A DNA stretch of 64,000 nucleotides from Lama guanicoe (lineage: Eukaryota). Position 1 is the first letter of the stretch; every line of letters starts with the position of its first letter. The notes below the pieces were generated by a model, which saw nothing but the letters and a program-made list of their open reading frames with translations, was not told the DNA's origin and searched no databases. Positions 37,649 to 51,010 of the stretch are shown in pieces. Location of the stretch: NCBI GenBank assembly GCA_013239625.1, contig MU054037.1:498001-562000 (forward strand), read 5' to 3'. Both the position numbers and the translations under genes were made by a program.

Positions 37649-38369
37649 CTGAATGCTTTTAACAGTTACAGGGCAGTGTTTTCTTACAGAATAATTGTGT
37701 TAGCTACCAGTGAATATTTTATGCGGAAATTTTTGGAATGACACCATCTCATCCCTATAGAGCATAAAGCAAGCATATGCACAGGATACATTTAGCACTT
37801 AATAAAATTGTACTTGTATGACCAGACATACGTTTGTTTGTTTCACAGGGTCCATGCCTGTGGTGATTTGGTGTCTTGAGACTAATTATAGTGCCTTTTA
37901 ATGGATTTCGTTGTCTAGGTACCTGTTAGGGCAAATCTTATCAAGTGTGGTTTCTCTTTAAATGAAAATTAAGAACATAAATTTTTTTAATTACTCACTA
38001 ATAAATACCAGGATATAAATGTGTATATTTAACAATCATTGCTTTCCCTTTGTTCGTGGTCAGTAGTTTAGTTCTGGTCTCAGGACTGCTTATCTTAAAT
38101 TCATGTTGGATAATGGGTTAAAATCTTAGTGGTAATGTTTTAACCCCCAGTGCCAGCTCTCATGACCCATATGGTGGTTGCCCAGGTAAGAACCTAGACT
38201 TGACTCACACAATAGCTCTGTTGTCTTGCATACCAGATTGTCCCTTTACTTTTTTGGGCTCATTCTTCAATCTAAACAAATGAAGAGCTGGTGAAAAATT
38301 CAGTTTTTAGCCTCACTATCTTAATAGTCCTACTTCATAGGCGTACCTCTCCAAAAAACCTTTCTTTTC

Positions 38370-38650
38370 TAAAAATTGAAGTCTAGTTGATGTACAGTAT
38401 TATATGTTACCAGGGTACAGTATAGTGATTCACAATTTTTAAAGATCCTACTCCATTTATAGTTATCATAAAATATTGGCTATATTCCCTGTGTCGTACA
38501 ATACATTTTTGTAGCTTATTTGATACTTAATGGTTTGTACCTCTTAATGCCCTACACCTATGTTGCCCTTCCCCCTTTCCTCTCCCCACCAGTAACCACC
38601 AGTTTGTTTTCTATATCCCCAGAACCCCTTCCTTATTCCTTATAAGTTCA
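38370..38650 (-). mobile_element. L1 3' end fragment
   Basis: aaaattgaagtctagttgatgtacagtatt...agtaaccaccagtttgttttctatatc. Confidence 0.75.
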
Positions 38651-39250
38651 TTTGTAAAAAATAGGAATTGAGCTAAGTTATGGTGAAATTTTAAAATGTA
38701 TAAAAATTTCACTGCATTCTGGTAATGGCAGTATCCTAAAAGTCCACAAGATGGCAAGCGTTCCCCTGTTAAAGTAGAGCTGAATGGCCACGCCTTCCTG
38801 GAAAGCAGATTTGCTTTTTGCTTCATAGAAACAAGAAAATAAGACCTTTTTCTCACCCCTCCTCTTTTTTTAATCAATGCCTGTGGTTCGAAAAACAAAC
38901 AAATGCAACATCTTATTTTACTTTGTTTTGATACAAAAAGTGGAAGTAAAATAAATGTACGTTTAGTGATTTCTACTCCTTTTTTCTTCTAGAGCAATAC
39001 TGACTTTTACTTTCTTACCTGTAACCTTGCAGATTTCTGCTTTCATCTTTCTTCTCTTTCTGTCTTTACTCTTCTCCTCTCTAGACCTACACTCAGTTAT
39101 TTCAGCTCCTCAGCATATAAAAGGGTTTCACAATTCCTGTTCTTTCTTATGTCAATATTTAATTACCTCTAGGATTTGCAAACAGCCATGAATCTGTGGT
39201 GATTAGCTATAATTACTTTGTATAAGGATGTAAAAGAGTAACCCCTTTTT

Positions 39251-39323
39251 ATATATATGTGTGTGTGTGTGTGTGTGTATGTACATATACATATATATAT
39301 GTGTGTGTGTATATATATATATA
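39251..39323. repeat. Compound (TA)n/(TG)n microsatellite
   Basis: Read directly. Confidence 0.9.
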
Positions 39324-39741
39324 TTTTTTGGCCTTGCAGATAGCTTTTAGTTACATACAGAATCATGTAAATAAAGGCAGGACGTGTGAATGGGTATTTG
39401 GAAGATTATTATTAAAAGAGCTAGGATGGACTAGTTAATTGAAGTTTAAGGGAAAGGTGGTATGTTCGATTTTATACATGTTGACTTTTTGGTGACATGA
39501 GGCTCTTTTAGTGGGTATTTCTTTAGAGCTTTAAAAAGTTAATGACTTTTATCTACAAGATGGAGTTATAGTACATTCTTTATCGATTAAGAAATATTTT
39601 CCACTATTTATTCCACCCTTTGATCTTGCTTTTTTTCATGAGCTATGCTACCTGCAGTGTGACTTGTTCCTATATTTTCCACAGCCATTTTGATTATTAA
39701 GATCTAAGTTTTGTTAACTTGACAAAGAAATTACTAATGGA

Positions 39742-39799
39742 AAGCATCAGGATTCTGAGCTTGCGATGGGAAGCATCAGGATTCTGAGCTTGCGATGGG
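39742..39799. repeat. Perfect 29-bp tandem duplication
   Basis: aagcatcaggattctgagcttgcgatggg x2. Confidence 0.95.
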
Positions 39800-41459
39800 T
39801 CCCAGAGAGGCCAAGTTACTTTCTTTTGAAGCAACCTTTCATGTTTTTACCTCTTCCAAGTCTAAAATTTATGTAAATCAATCTGTGACAAAATCCTGCT
39901 CAGAGCTCAGACTCATTCATCTGGGAAGGACCCTGGGGATTACTTAGTTCTAGCTTTTTCTTTTATGGATAAGGAATTAACTTTTGAAAAGATGAAGCCA
40001 ACATTTTGAAGGTTTTTTTTTTTAAAACAAGAGAAGGAAATAAGGTTATAACTCAAGACCACCGGTCTCCTGTCCAAGGGTTTTTCCACTCTGCTGTAAG
40101 GCTCTATAAGGTATTCTGGGACTTTCATCAGACTGCCCAGACCAGTCAGTAGTGGCCTAAGTTCCTTGCTGAAATGCTTCTGTTTCCAATCCTCAAACTA
40201 CTTAGCTGATCTGATCCTGGGAAGCAGGAAGCACCATCTTGGAACAGAGGACACGAGCGTTTTGAGGATGGAGAAACTTTGGGAAAAGTGATACTGCTAG
40301 GAATACAGTGACCAGGGCTGGGTTTGGATGCTCCAGTAGGGACCTTGGCAGCCCCTACGTAGCTGGGTTGGGAAATGATGAAATGATTGGATGTGTTTGG
40401 ATTAGAGGCACATGTCACAATTTTACCCTGTGCTGACCTGATATGCTTTGTACTCTGCGTAGTTGGTAATTAACTGAGTGATCTTAGGGAAATCACTTCC
40501 TACTGTGGTCCATGGTTACTTCATCTAGAGTTGGATTGCATGATATCTTAGGAAGTTTCTCGTTTCTAAAATATTGATTGTATTTCCAGAGTCATCTTGT
40601 AGAAATAGAAAGAGCACTGACTAGCTATGTGCTCTGTGGAGGGTTGCCCACATTTCCTTAATTTCTCTTCTCATCTGCAAACTGTGTGTCATAGTAATTC
40701 CTGACACCTGATATCTTAGGATTGTGTGAACAATTGATTTAAAAAATGAAACAATTGATGTAAATTAATTATAAACAGCAAAATGATATATGAGTGTAAG
40801 GAACGGTTCTGTCTTTAATTATAGGCAGTTTTTTTCTCTCAGTTTCTTTCTGAGATCCAGTATAGAGAATTGTATGCACAGTAAAAGTCTTACCTATAGG
40901 GTGGAGACCATGTCAGTATTCACCTTTATGGTCCCCAAACCTCATGCAGAGCTTGGCATAAGTATAAATGTGCTCAATGTTTATTTTTTAAAAATTAGAT
41001 GGATGAGGCTTCTTATAAGCTTGCCATACTTTCCCCTCTCTCATTCCCTATATCCAGGGAAACCATAACAATTTATTTAACAATACAGCTAGTTTAAATA
41101 GATTTGTTTAGGAAAAACTAAACAAATACCAAAAATTCATGGACACTAACAATTGTTAGAACTTCTATGACTCTTTCCAGTCAAGATGGAACAGGAAAAT
41201 ATGAACTGAGTTATGAAGTTCATTTTGTTCTTTCTGGAGGCATTTAGGTGATTGGGCAACTGCTATTTGACAAGTACTTTAAGCAGTTACTGTGTGAACA
41301 CAACTACACTAAGCATCATGGGGGATTTTCAGTTTTGTAATGTTAAAGAACCGTAAGAAGACATTGTCCCTGTTTTGTACGTGGTGGAGTTGTAACTGAA
41401 GAAAGACAGAATATACATATTCTTACATCTTAGATGAAAAAATTATAATTTCTTTTTTT

Positions 41460-42740
41460 CCTATTTTTTAAATTGAAACATAGTTGATTTACATAGTTGA
41501 TGTTGTGTTAGTTTCTGGTGTACAGCAAAGTGATTCAGTTATACATATGTATATAGAGTAGTTTGTACCTGCTAAAACTCAACTCTTAATTTATTCTTCC
41601 CCCAACCCCTTTCCCCTTTGGTAACCATAGTTTGTTTTCTATGTGAGTCTGTTTCTGTTTTGTAAATAAGTTAATTTGTATCATATTTTAGATTCCACAT
41701 TTAAGACATATCATATGATGTTTGTCTATCTGTTTCTAACATGCTTCACTTAGTATGATAATCTCTAGGTCCATCTGTGTTTCTGCAAATAGCATTATTT
41801 CATTCTTCTTATGGCTAAGTGATACTCCATTGTTGAGTAATACTCCATTGTATCTTTTTTTTATTGATTTATAATCATTTTACAATGTTGTGTCAAATTC
41901 CAGTGTAGAGCACAAGTTTTCAATTATACATGAACATATATATATTCATTGTCACATCTTTTTCTCTGTGAGCTACCATAAGATCTTGTGTAAATTTCCC
42001 TGTGCTATACAGTATAATCTTGTTCATCTATTCTGAATTTTGAAATCCCGTCTATCCCTTCCCACCCTCCACCCCCTTGGCAACCACAAGTTTGTATTCT
42101 ATGTCTATGAGTCTGTTTCTGTTTTGTATTTATGCTTTGTTTGTTTTTGTTTTTGTTTTTTAGATTCCACATATGAGCGATCTCATATGGTATTTTTCTT
42201 TCTCTTTCTGGCTTACTTCACTTAGAATGATATTCTCCAGGAGCATCCATGTTGCTGCAAATGGCGTTATGTTGTTGGTTTTTATGGCTGAGTAGTATTC
42301 CATTGTATAAACATACCACATCTCTTCTTTATCCACTCATCCATTGTTGGACATTTAGGCTGTCTCCATGTCTTGGCTATTGTAAATAGTGCTGCTATGA
42401 ACATTGGGGTGCAGGTGTCACCCTGAAGTAGGGTTCCTGTATCTGGATGTAGGTTCCTTCTGGAGCGGGATTCCTGGGTCATACAGTAAGTCTATTCCTA
42501 GTCTTTTGAGGAATCTCCATACTGTTTTCCACGGTGGCTGTACCAAACTGCATTCCCACCAGCAGTGTAGGAGGGTTCCCCTTTCTCCACAGCCTCTCCA
42601 GCATTTGTCATTTGTGGATTTTTGAATGACGGCCATTCTGACTGGTGTGAGGTGATACCTCATTGTAGTTTTGATTTTCATTTCTCTAATAATTAGTGAT
42701 ATTGAGCATCTTTTCATGTGCTTCTTAGCCATCTGTATGT
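41460..42740 (-). mobile_element. Two consecutive L1 3' fragments (~41460-41850 and ~41855-42740)
   Basis: Minus ORFs [36 protein letters not shown] and [22 protein letters not shown] match the L1 ORF2 C-terminus. Confidence 0.9.
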
Positions 42741-45112
42741 TGAAAGAAGCATAATTTCTTAGAAGCAGCTCAGACAAAATATCATGTTCTAAAGTGAAAC
42801 TATACTTGATGATTGATCATAGTGCAATCTTAAAAGAAGTGATAGCATAAATTGGCCACAGAGGACACGAAGGGAACTTCAGATTAGGTGAAGATATGCT
42901 GAACTCTGGACAAGTGGATTGGCAGAGACTGGGTAGATTGAGTAGAGGGCTTTAAATGGTTTAGTAAAGTTGTCTTTGGACTGATATGAAGTTGGAGTCT
43001 GGAGTCTGGTATTTATGAAGCAGTCCGAATATGGCATTGGAAAATTTTGATTTAATTAGATAGAAATTTGAGCAAAAACAAGGTATGACAAGTAGAATGT
43101 GATTGCAGGTGATATTTGAGCAAAATTATGCAGGAATTCTTTAAAGTGGTTTGGAATGTAGCAAGTATGGGGTTCAAAGGACTGCTGGGCATCTCCATTT
43201 TCTTTCTAAGCCTAGCATTTTGAGAGTCTGGATAATAAATCATTACAGCCATGGAAATTCAGAGAAGTTTGGTGATGGAGGAGTGAAAATTACATGACAA
43301 ATGTCTCCTTTTTGGCATGCTAACAGATCTAGGAAGATAATCATTTGGGTGGGTCCAAAGAGGCGAAAGGAGAAGAAATACGTTTAAAAAAAAAAGGAAT
43401 AAATCATATTTAACTGGGGAGGTGGATACCTGAGTGGTCTTTGGATTGGTGAGGAGGATTTCCTAGTCGACCCTAAGTAAGGAGAGCAGTTTAGTGGGAA
43501 ATAGACAATGGTGGGGGAAATTTCAGTAATGAGAGAAGATCTTCTATTTGAGAAGTTAAACAGAGTTGGGAAAGATCTGGATGATAGATTTGAACAGTGG
43601 TTGGGTCAAGTGAAAAAAACTGTGTAGGAAGGGAATAGAGATACTTATAAAGACATAAGTGTGGGTGCAAAGCTTCGACAAAAATGGGAGAGGCAAGATT
43701 CAAGAACACGTGGAAAAGAGCTCATTCTAGAGGCAGAACAACATTTCTTCCTCTAAAGTTTCAATTACTTTAACTGACTACTATCTGTTATACTGAGAGA
43801 AAATGATAAAATTGGTTAGTAGGCAAGACCTAGTATCCCAAATGGTAGAGTCTAGGAGGCCAGAAAGAGTTACATTCAAAGGATTTTCTATGGAATTTGA
43901 TCTGAAGCACCAGTTTCATGTGGTCTGGATGAGATGCCATGATTTTGGTCAATTGTGGTTGAGGGAACTGTAGGAAGAAAAAATTTTTTTCCAATGTCTG
44001 CTTTCTCCACCCCTAAGGAATGATTTTTAAACTTTGGGAAGTCCTAGTTCATTCTGGGAATCTTCCCCCAAAATGTAGCTGCCTTTCCAGAAAAGTTTCC
44101 TCGTTTGCAGCTCTTGCTCTTCTGTACACATTTTGAGGAGGTGTCACAGACACGGTAAAGCCTCTTCATTATCCCAGGGCATCTGAATGACTGGTGGCTC
44201 TCTCCCTAATACTATAGTTAAATATAACTTCGTTGTTCTGGGCAACATTATTTTATTTTGATTCTAGCTTCATTTTGATAGGGTAGGTGTAAGAAACCAC
44301 CGATTCTCCCAATATATTTGAAACGCTGGGTGTCTTCATCAGGATCTTGGACTATTGTTTCTCTGTATTGGGCCATATGTTGGGGAATTATTTTGTCAAA
44401 TAATTACATCTAATCACTCCTAGGGAAAGCACAATCAATGCTAAAAAAAAAAAAGAAAAAGAAAACTTAAGGGCAGGGCCCTGGCTCTTGTGTGCTCCTC
44501 CACAGCTGTGCATTCTCCCCGGAACAAGTCCTAACAGGACTCAGGCTAGGGGTGTGCAGGTGCTCAGCTGGAGGGGCTAGCTCCAAATGTGTCCCCCAAG
44601 CAGGGGGTCTCAGCTGGGAGAATCTAGGCTTCCATCTGGCATTCACAAGCCACAGGAACATGAGCTGGCTTCTGATGGGGTCTTTAGACTCCAGCCGGGG
44701 TTGGGTAACAGGAAATGGGGAGGGACTCCAGTGGCTGGCATCAGTGAAATATGAGCACCTGGGGGGCAAAAGCTGGTGAAATCTGCAGGGGGTCCAAGGT
44801 GGTTGCGCGGAATGTTGGTTTAATCAGAGCCGAGTTTGTCTCCTAAGTAGGTCACTGTGAACTGCTGTGACTCCCACTGTGTGACTGTTATTAGTAGCCC
44901 CTGTGTTTCTTCCTTGTTCTTAGCCGTCTGTATACATCTTAGCTTTGCTAGTGTTGGTGGGCTAAAATCAAAGTAGGACATTTTCCCAGTGACCCAAAGG
45001 GTTGGAGAAGCTAGTTGGTCACTCCACTCTTCCTTTCCTGGTGAGGGGAACTCTTTCTAGCTGGGAAGTTCCCTTTTGGCACTGAACATAGCTGGCTTGG
45101 GGGATGGGATGA

Positions 45113-46005
45113 TTTTTTTTTTTTTAATTGAAGTATAGTCAGTTACAGTGTGCCAGTTTCTGGTGTACAGCATAATGTCCCAGTCATGCATATATTTGTT
45201 TTCATATTCTTTTCCTTTTTATTAATCTATATTTTTATTGAAGTATACTCAGTTTACAATGTTGTGTCAATTTCTGGTGTACAGCAAAACAGTTCAGTCA
45301 TACATATACATACATATATTCATTGTCATATTCTTTTTCACCATAAGTTACTACAAGATATTGAATATAGTCCCCTGTGCTATACAATATAAACTTTTTG
45401 TTTATCTATTTTATATATATTAATCAGTATATGCAAATCTCGAACTCCCAATTTATCCCTTCCTCCCCCTTCCCCCTGTAATTGTAAGTTTGTTTTCTAT
45501 GTCTGTGAGTCTGTTTCTGTTTTGTAAATAAGTTTGTCTGTCTTTTTTTTTTAGATTCCACATATGAGTGATATATGGTATTTTTCTTTCTCTTTCTGGC
45601 TTACTTCACTTACAATGATGAACTCTAGGTCCATCCATGTTGCTGCAAATGGCATTATTTTAATTTTTTATGGCTGAGTAGTATTCCATTGTATAAATAT
45701 ACCACAACTTCTTTATCCAGTCATCTGTCCATGGACATTTACATTGTTTCCATGTTTTGGCTATTGTAAATAGTGCTGCTATGAATTTTGGGGTTCAGGT
45801 ATCTTTTTGAAGTAGAGTTCCCTCTGGATATTTGCCCAGGAGTGGGATTGCTGGATCATATGGTAAGTCTATTTTTAGTCTTTTAAGGAGTCTCCATACT
45901 GTCATATTCTTTTTCATTAAAGGCTATTACAAGATACTGAACATGGTTCCTTATGCTATACAGAAGAAATTTATTTTTTATCTGTTTTTATGTATAGAAG
46001 TTAAC
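45113..46005 (-). mobile_element. L1 3' fragment (45214-45901) nested in another L1 3' fragment
   Basis: TSD tcatattctttt at 45202-45213 and 45902-45913. Confidence 0.85.
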
Positions 46006-47014
46006 AGATGAGATGATTTTTAACATGCCTGTCCTCCACCTACTCACAAACTAGAATCTTAGCCAAGGTACCCATAAAGTAGATTCTGTACTCAATATTC
46101 CCACATACTCTTTGATGGTCACCAAGAGCAAGGGGCAAAAGAATATTTCTTAGATTAACAACCCAGTTTCTTTTTGAGCTCTGATTGAGGATTTCAGGTA
46201 AAAGATTGTTGCTCCCTAAACTTCGCCCCTGCTATCTAGGGTAAGACAGCTTATCACAAACTTTCATAACCTTTTAGTTTTCTCATGTTTGTGCATCAGA
46301 GTTAAAATTTAATAGCAAGTGTTTCCTACATTCACTATTATATAAATTTAAAATTTCTTCAGATTCAGGTGATTTTTAAAAAATCTTATATTTCAGGAAG
46401 CAAAGATTGGCAGCTCTGCCGTTAACCCACTCTATGACTATATGAAACTCTTTACTTCTCTGAGCCATTATCACATTGCTCTTAAAAAATGGAAATAAGG
46501 AATTTTATTAGATAATTTCAAAGATCTATTCCAGCTCAGTAACTTCTATGTATTCTTCCTTGTATGAAGGGTAAAATGGCCAGGCATACGGACCCCAAAC
46601 AGTTAGCATAGAAAAAGCTAAGACACAAGTTTCTTAGGCACAGGGATTACTCTAAAGAGACTGTGAGAGAAAGAGTGAAAGAGAGAATGTAATTGTTATA
46701 AAATATGCTCCTCTCCCAGTACCAGAGATTGAGAGAAAGAGGAAGAGAGAATGAAACCATTTAAAAATCTGGTCTTCTTTCAGTACCAGAAATGTGCTGA
46801 GGTAGTGGATATTAGGTATGGGAATGGATAGCTAATAAATGCATTTTGTTGAAATCAAGTTCTTTAAATCTTTGAATCCTGGCTTCCTAAAGTGCTAAGT
46901 ATTACTAAGGGACAAACTTTTCTGAACTCTCATTTTGATTTACTCATGGTGAAATTATTGACTCAAAATAACTATTTAATCTTAAATGGATTTTTATGCC
47001 AAAGTAAGATTGCA

Positions 47015-48082
47015 AGAAGACCTAAACAAGCAATTCTCTGGTGAAGACATACAATGGCCAATAGGCACATGAAAAAATGCTCAATATTGCTAATTATCAG
47101 AGAATGCAAATGGAAACTACAATGAGATATCACTTCACATCTGTCAGAATGGCCATCATTCAAAAGTCTACAAAAGATAAATGCTGGAGAGGGTGCGCAG
47201 AAAAGGGAACCCTCCTACACTGCTGGTGGGAACGTAGTTTGGTTGGCCGTTATGGAAAACAGTATGGAGATTCCTCAAAAGACTAAAAATAGACTAAAAA
47301 TATAATCCAGCCATCTGACTCCTGGGCATATATCCAGAGGGAACCTTAATTCAAAAATGTACATGCACCCCAATGTTCATAGCAGCCCTATTTACAACAG
47401 TCAAGACATAGAAGCAACCTAAATGTCCATTGACAGATGACTGGATAAAGAAAGCGTGGTATACTTATACAACAGAATTCTATTCACCATAAAAAAGGAT
47501 AAAATAATGCCGTTTGCAGGAACATGGATGGACCTAGAGATTGTCATTCCCTCTTTTTTTTCAAGGGTGGGTAATTAGGCTTATTTATTTATTTTTTTAG
47601 TGGTAGTACTGGGGATTGAACCCAGGACCTCATGCATGCTAGGTATGCACTCTACCACTGAGTTATACCTTCCCCCACCCTCCCCAGAGATCATCATTCT
47701 AAATGAAGTAAGCCATAAAGAGAAAGAAAAATACCATATGATACCACTTATATGTGGAATCTAAAAAAAAAGACGAATGAACTTATTTACAAAACAGAAA
47801 CAGACTCACAGACATAGAAAACAAACTTATGGTTACCAGGAGGAAGGGGTGGGAACGGATAAATTGGGGGCTCGAGATTCGCAGATACTACTATATATAA
47901 AATACATAAACAGCACGCTTATACTGTATAGCACAGGGAACTATATTCAGTATCTTGTAGTAACCTATAATGAAAAAGAATATGAAGAGAAATATATGTA
48001 TGTATATGTATGACTGAACAGTTTTGCTGTACACCAGAAATTGACACAACATTGTAAACTGACCATACTTCAATTAAAAAAA
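47015..48082 (+). mobile_element. 5'-truncated L1 with an internal SINE
   Basis: MQMETTMRYHFTSVRMAIIQKSTKDKCWRGC; A tail at ~48075. Confidence 0.9.
47550..47685 (-). mobile_element. vic-1-like SINE inside L1
   Basis: gtactggggattgaacccaggacctcatgcatgctagg...; TSD agagat(tg/ca)tcattc (47536-47549 / 47686-47699). Confidence 0.9.
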
Positions 48083-49675
48083 TAAGACTGTGAGAGAACA
48101 TAATAATTACTCAGCAGATATTGTGGAATGTAGTTGAATTGAAATACTTTCCAATGCAGAGTTCACAAGTTATAAAACAAGAGTTGGAGTCTTCAGCTGA
48201 AACATTTTTGTTCAGAGCATCTTTTGAAGATCAACTGAGCTAAAAGGATGTAAAATATCTGGCACAGAAGAGCCACTGAAATATTTCTTCAGTCACTCTT
48301 GTGGTGTTAAGTTATATGCTAGTTGTATATTGATATAGCCATGCTATGAAAGTAGGCTACTTAAATATTTTTTTAAAAATTATTAGTGAAATTAATTAGA
48401 TTAATTAATTGTTATCCAACATAAGTATCCAAATTTATCCAAAATAAGTGTCATTGATGTGCTTGCTATCAATGAAGGACATTCTATAACTATTGTCCAT
48501 ATCACTGAACTTCGTAATTTTCATCATAGTTATTTTGCACTTAATTTTTATACACGGAACTTGCTTTTAGTCTTCATATTTATTTGATCCATACTGGTCA
48601 CTGGGCAGTGTATTCAGGAGGCTTCTTTTAAATACCCATGCAATCTTTGATGAAAGTGATGATTTTTATCTTATGTTTCATAGACTTCGTTTTATATTGT
48701 CCTTAGTTGGATTGATCAAGCTTTCTTCCTTTCGTTTTGCTCTTCCTCTACTAATAGGAAAGGTTTTTTAAAAAGCATTTTTGCAACCAGAGAATTAATT
48801 AATGAGAACCTCTAATAAGTTTTCTAAAAAGTTTTTCTCTTCATATGGCTAAATTTATCTGATGATATATTTATTTTTGTATTATTTCTGTTTTCACTAA
48901 AGTCTTTAGGGATTAGTTTTCTGATTTTTTAGTTTGATATTTGTTGTGCTGTTGAAGTTCCTCAAATATCTTTTGAGTCTTGAAGTTTCATTCATATCTG
49001 TAAGTTTCTAGACACTTAAAAATATTTACACTATTGAATGCTGGAGTGTATTTCCTCTCCCAAGAGTGAACAGGCAATGTATGCTCTGATATATGATCCT
49101 CACTGGAAATGTATAAGCAAGGAGGGTGGTGGGCGATGTGCAGCCAAGGGACTTTCCACTGATGTCTTTGAGTGTATTCTTTCCTTGACTTGAGGATTCC
49201 TCAAGATTTGTTACTCCTGTCTTCTGTCTACTGCCTGTTCACCTGCTACTGCCTGTTGACCTGCACCCACTTTGGGAGTAGGTGGTGTCAGAACTCCTGA
49301 CGTATAGAAAAGGGTTCTGCAAGCATGTTGGGATATCTACTCTTCTCTAAGATAAGACCAACTCCCTATACCTTTCTTTTTTATCCTGCCTCCTTCCTTC
49401 TGTTTTGAATTTTGGCCTTTCCCTGAATCTTCTGAGAAAAGGCACTAAGAGAGTGCTTCTTCTGCTCATAAGATGTTGAATGTTGATGTAAGAGATACTG
49501 TTTCATCATTTGTTGTGATCATGAATTCCAACCCTTTGAAATCTGATAGCTTTGAATTTCATTACTAAAATATGGCCATCGCTGAAGAAGTGAGTTGCTT
49601 TTTAGTTGAGATTTCCATTGAAAATTTGGATATTTATTAACACCAAGATGAGTGTTTTTATTTATGTGTCTGCTG

Positions 49676-49770
49676 GTAGGCCAAAGTGCACTGATGATAA
49701 ACAATATTTACTCAAGGGTTCAAAGACTTACTGCATGTTTGCTGATAAGTTTGCACCTACTATTTAAAAA
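49676..49770 (+). promoter_or_regulatory. CYP2C proximal promoter with candidate HNF4, FOXA, GATA and TATA elements
   Basis: AGGCCAAAGTGCA (49678-49690), ATAAACAATATTTAC (~49697-49711), GGGTTCAAAGACT (49716-49728), CTGATAAG (49742-49749), TATTTAAAAA (49761-49770); all within 140 bp of the ATG. Confidence 0.6.
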
Positions 49771-49816
49771 GTCTTTGGATTCTAAGCCTTCAGTTGCGCT
49801 TGCACAAAGCACATCA

Positions 49817-49984
49817 ATGGATCTCTTCATAGTCCTGGTGATTTGTCTTTCTTTTTTGATTTTCCTTTTTCTATGGAACCAAAGGTATGCCAAAGGGAAG
49901 CTGCCACCTGGCCCTACCCCTCTCCCCATCATTGGGAATATTCTACAGATAAACATTAAGGATGTCACCAAATCCATGAGCAAG
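49817..49984 (+). CDS. Cytochrome P450 2C (CYP2C21-like) exon 1
   Basis: [56 protein letters not shown]|gtatgt; 168 bp, the canonical CYP2C size. Confidence 0.97.
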
Positions 49985-50149
49985 GTATGTATGACTCATT
50001 TTTCTTTCAGTTATTTGCAGTGAGTAAATAAGACAGCCCCGTATCTTGTTCTAGACTTCATGGTCCCAGATACCATATTTTCAAAAAGTGGTTTTAAAGG
50101 GTAGTGCCCATTGGAAACTTGGACATGATTTTATCTATATATGTATATA

Positions 50150-51010
50150 TTTTTAAAATTAAGGTATATTTGTACAATTTCCTATTAGTTTCATGTGTAT
50201 AATGTTGTCATTCAAAATTTTTATAGATTATACTCTGGCTAAAGCTATTATAAAATGTATGCTATATTCTGAAATCTAGGAGCGTGATACCTCCAGCTCT
50301 AGTCTTCTTAAGATAGCTTTGGCTGTTGGAGGTCATTTGTGTTTCCATACAGATTTTACAATTTTTGCTCTTATTATGTGAAAAATTCCACCGGTATTTT
50401 GATAGGAATTGCACTGAATCTGTTGATTGCCTTAGGTAACATGGTCTTTAACCAATATTAATTCTCCGAACCCATGAGCATGCTATGTCTCGCCACCTGT
50501 TTGTGTTTCCTGAAATTTCTTTCATCAATGTCCTGTAGTTTTCTGAGTACAAGTCTTTTACTTCCTTAGGTTATTTCTAGGTATTGTATTCTTTCTAATG
50601 TGATGGTAAGTGGGATTGTTTTCTCAATTTCTCTTTCTGATAGTTTGTCGTTAGTGTGCAGAATGCAACACATTTCTGTATGTTCACTTTATATCGTGTA
50701 ACTTTACCGAATTCATTGGAAAGCTCTAGTAGTTTTTTGGTGGCATCTTAAGAATTTTGTAAGTATGGTATAATGTCATCTGCAAAAAATGACAGTGTTA
50801 CTTCCTCCTTTCCAATTTCAGTTCTTTTAATTTCTTTTTTTTCCCCTGTGACTGCTGTCAAAAGCTTTTCTGTATCTATTGAGTTGATCATATGATTTCT
50901 ATCCTTTAATTTGCTAATGTGGTGAATCACATTGATTGAGCTGTGGATGCTGAACCATCCTGGCATCCCTGGGACAAATCCCACTTGCTCATGTTGTGTG
51001 ACACCCAGAC
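50150..51010 (-). mobile_element. L1 fragments in CYP2C intron 1
   Basis: Minus ORF with QVGFVPGMPGWFSIHSSINVIHHI and EVTLSFFADDII, from the L1 reverse transcriptase. Confidence 0.85.
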
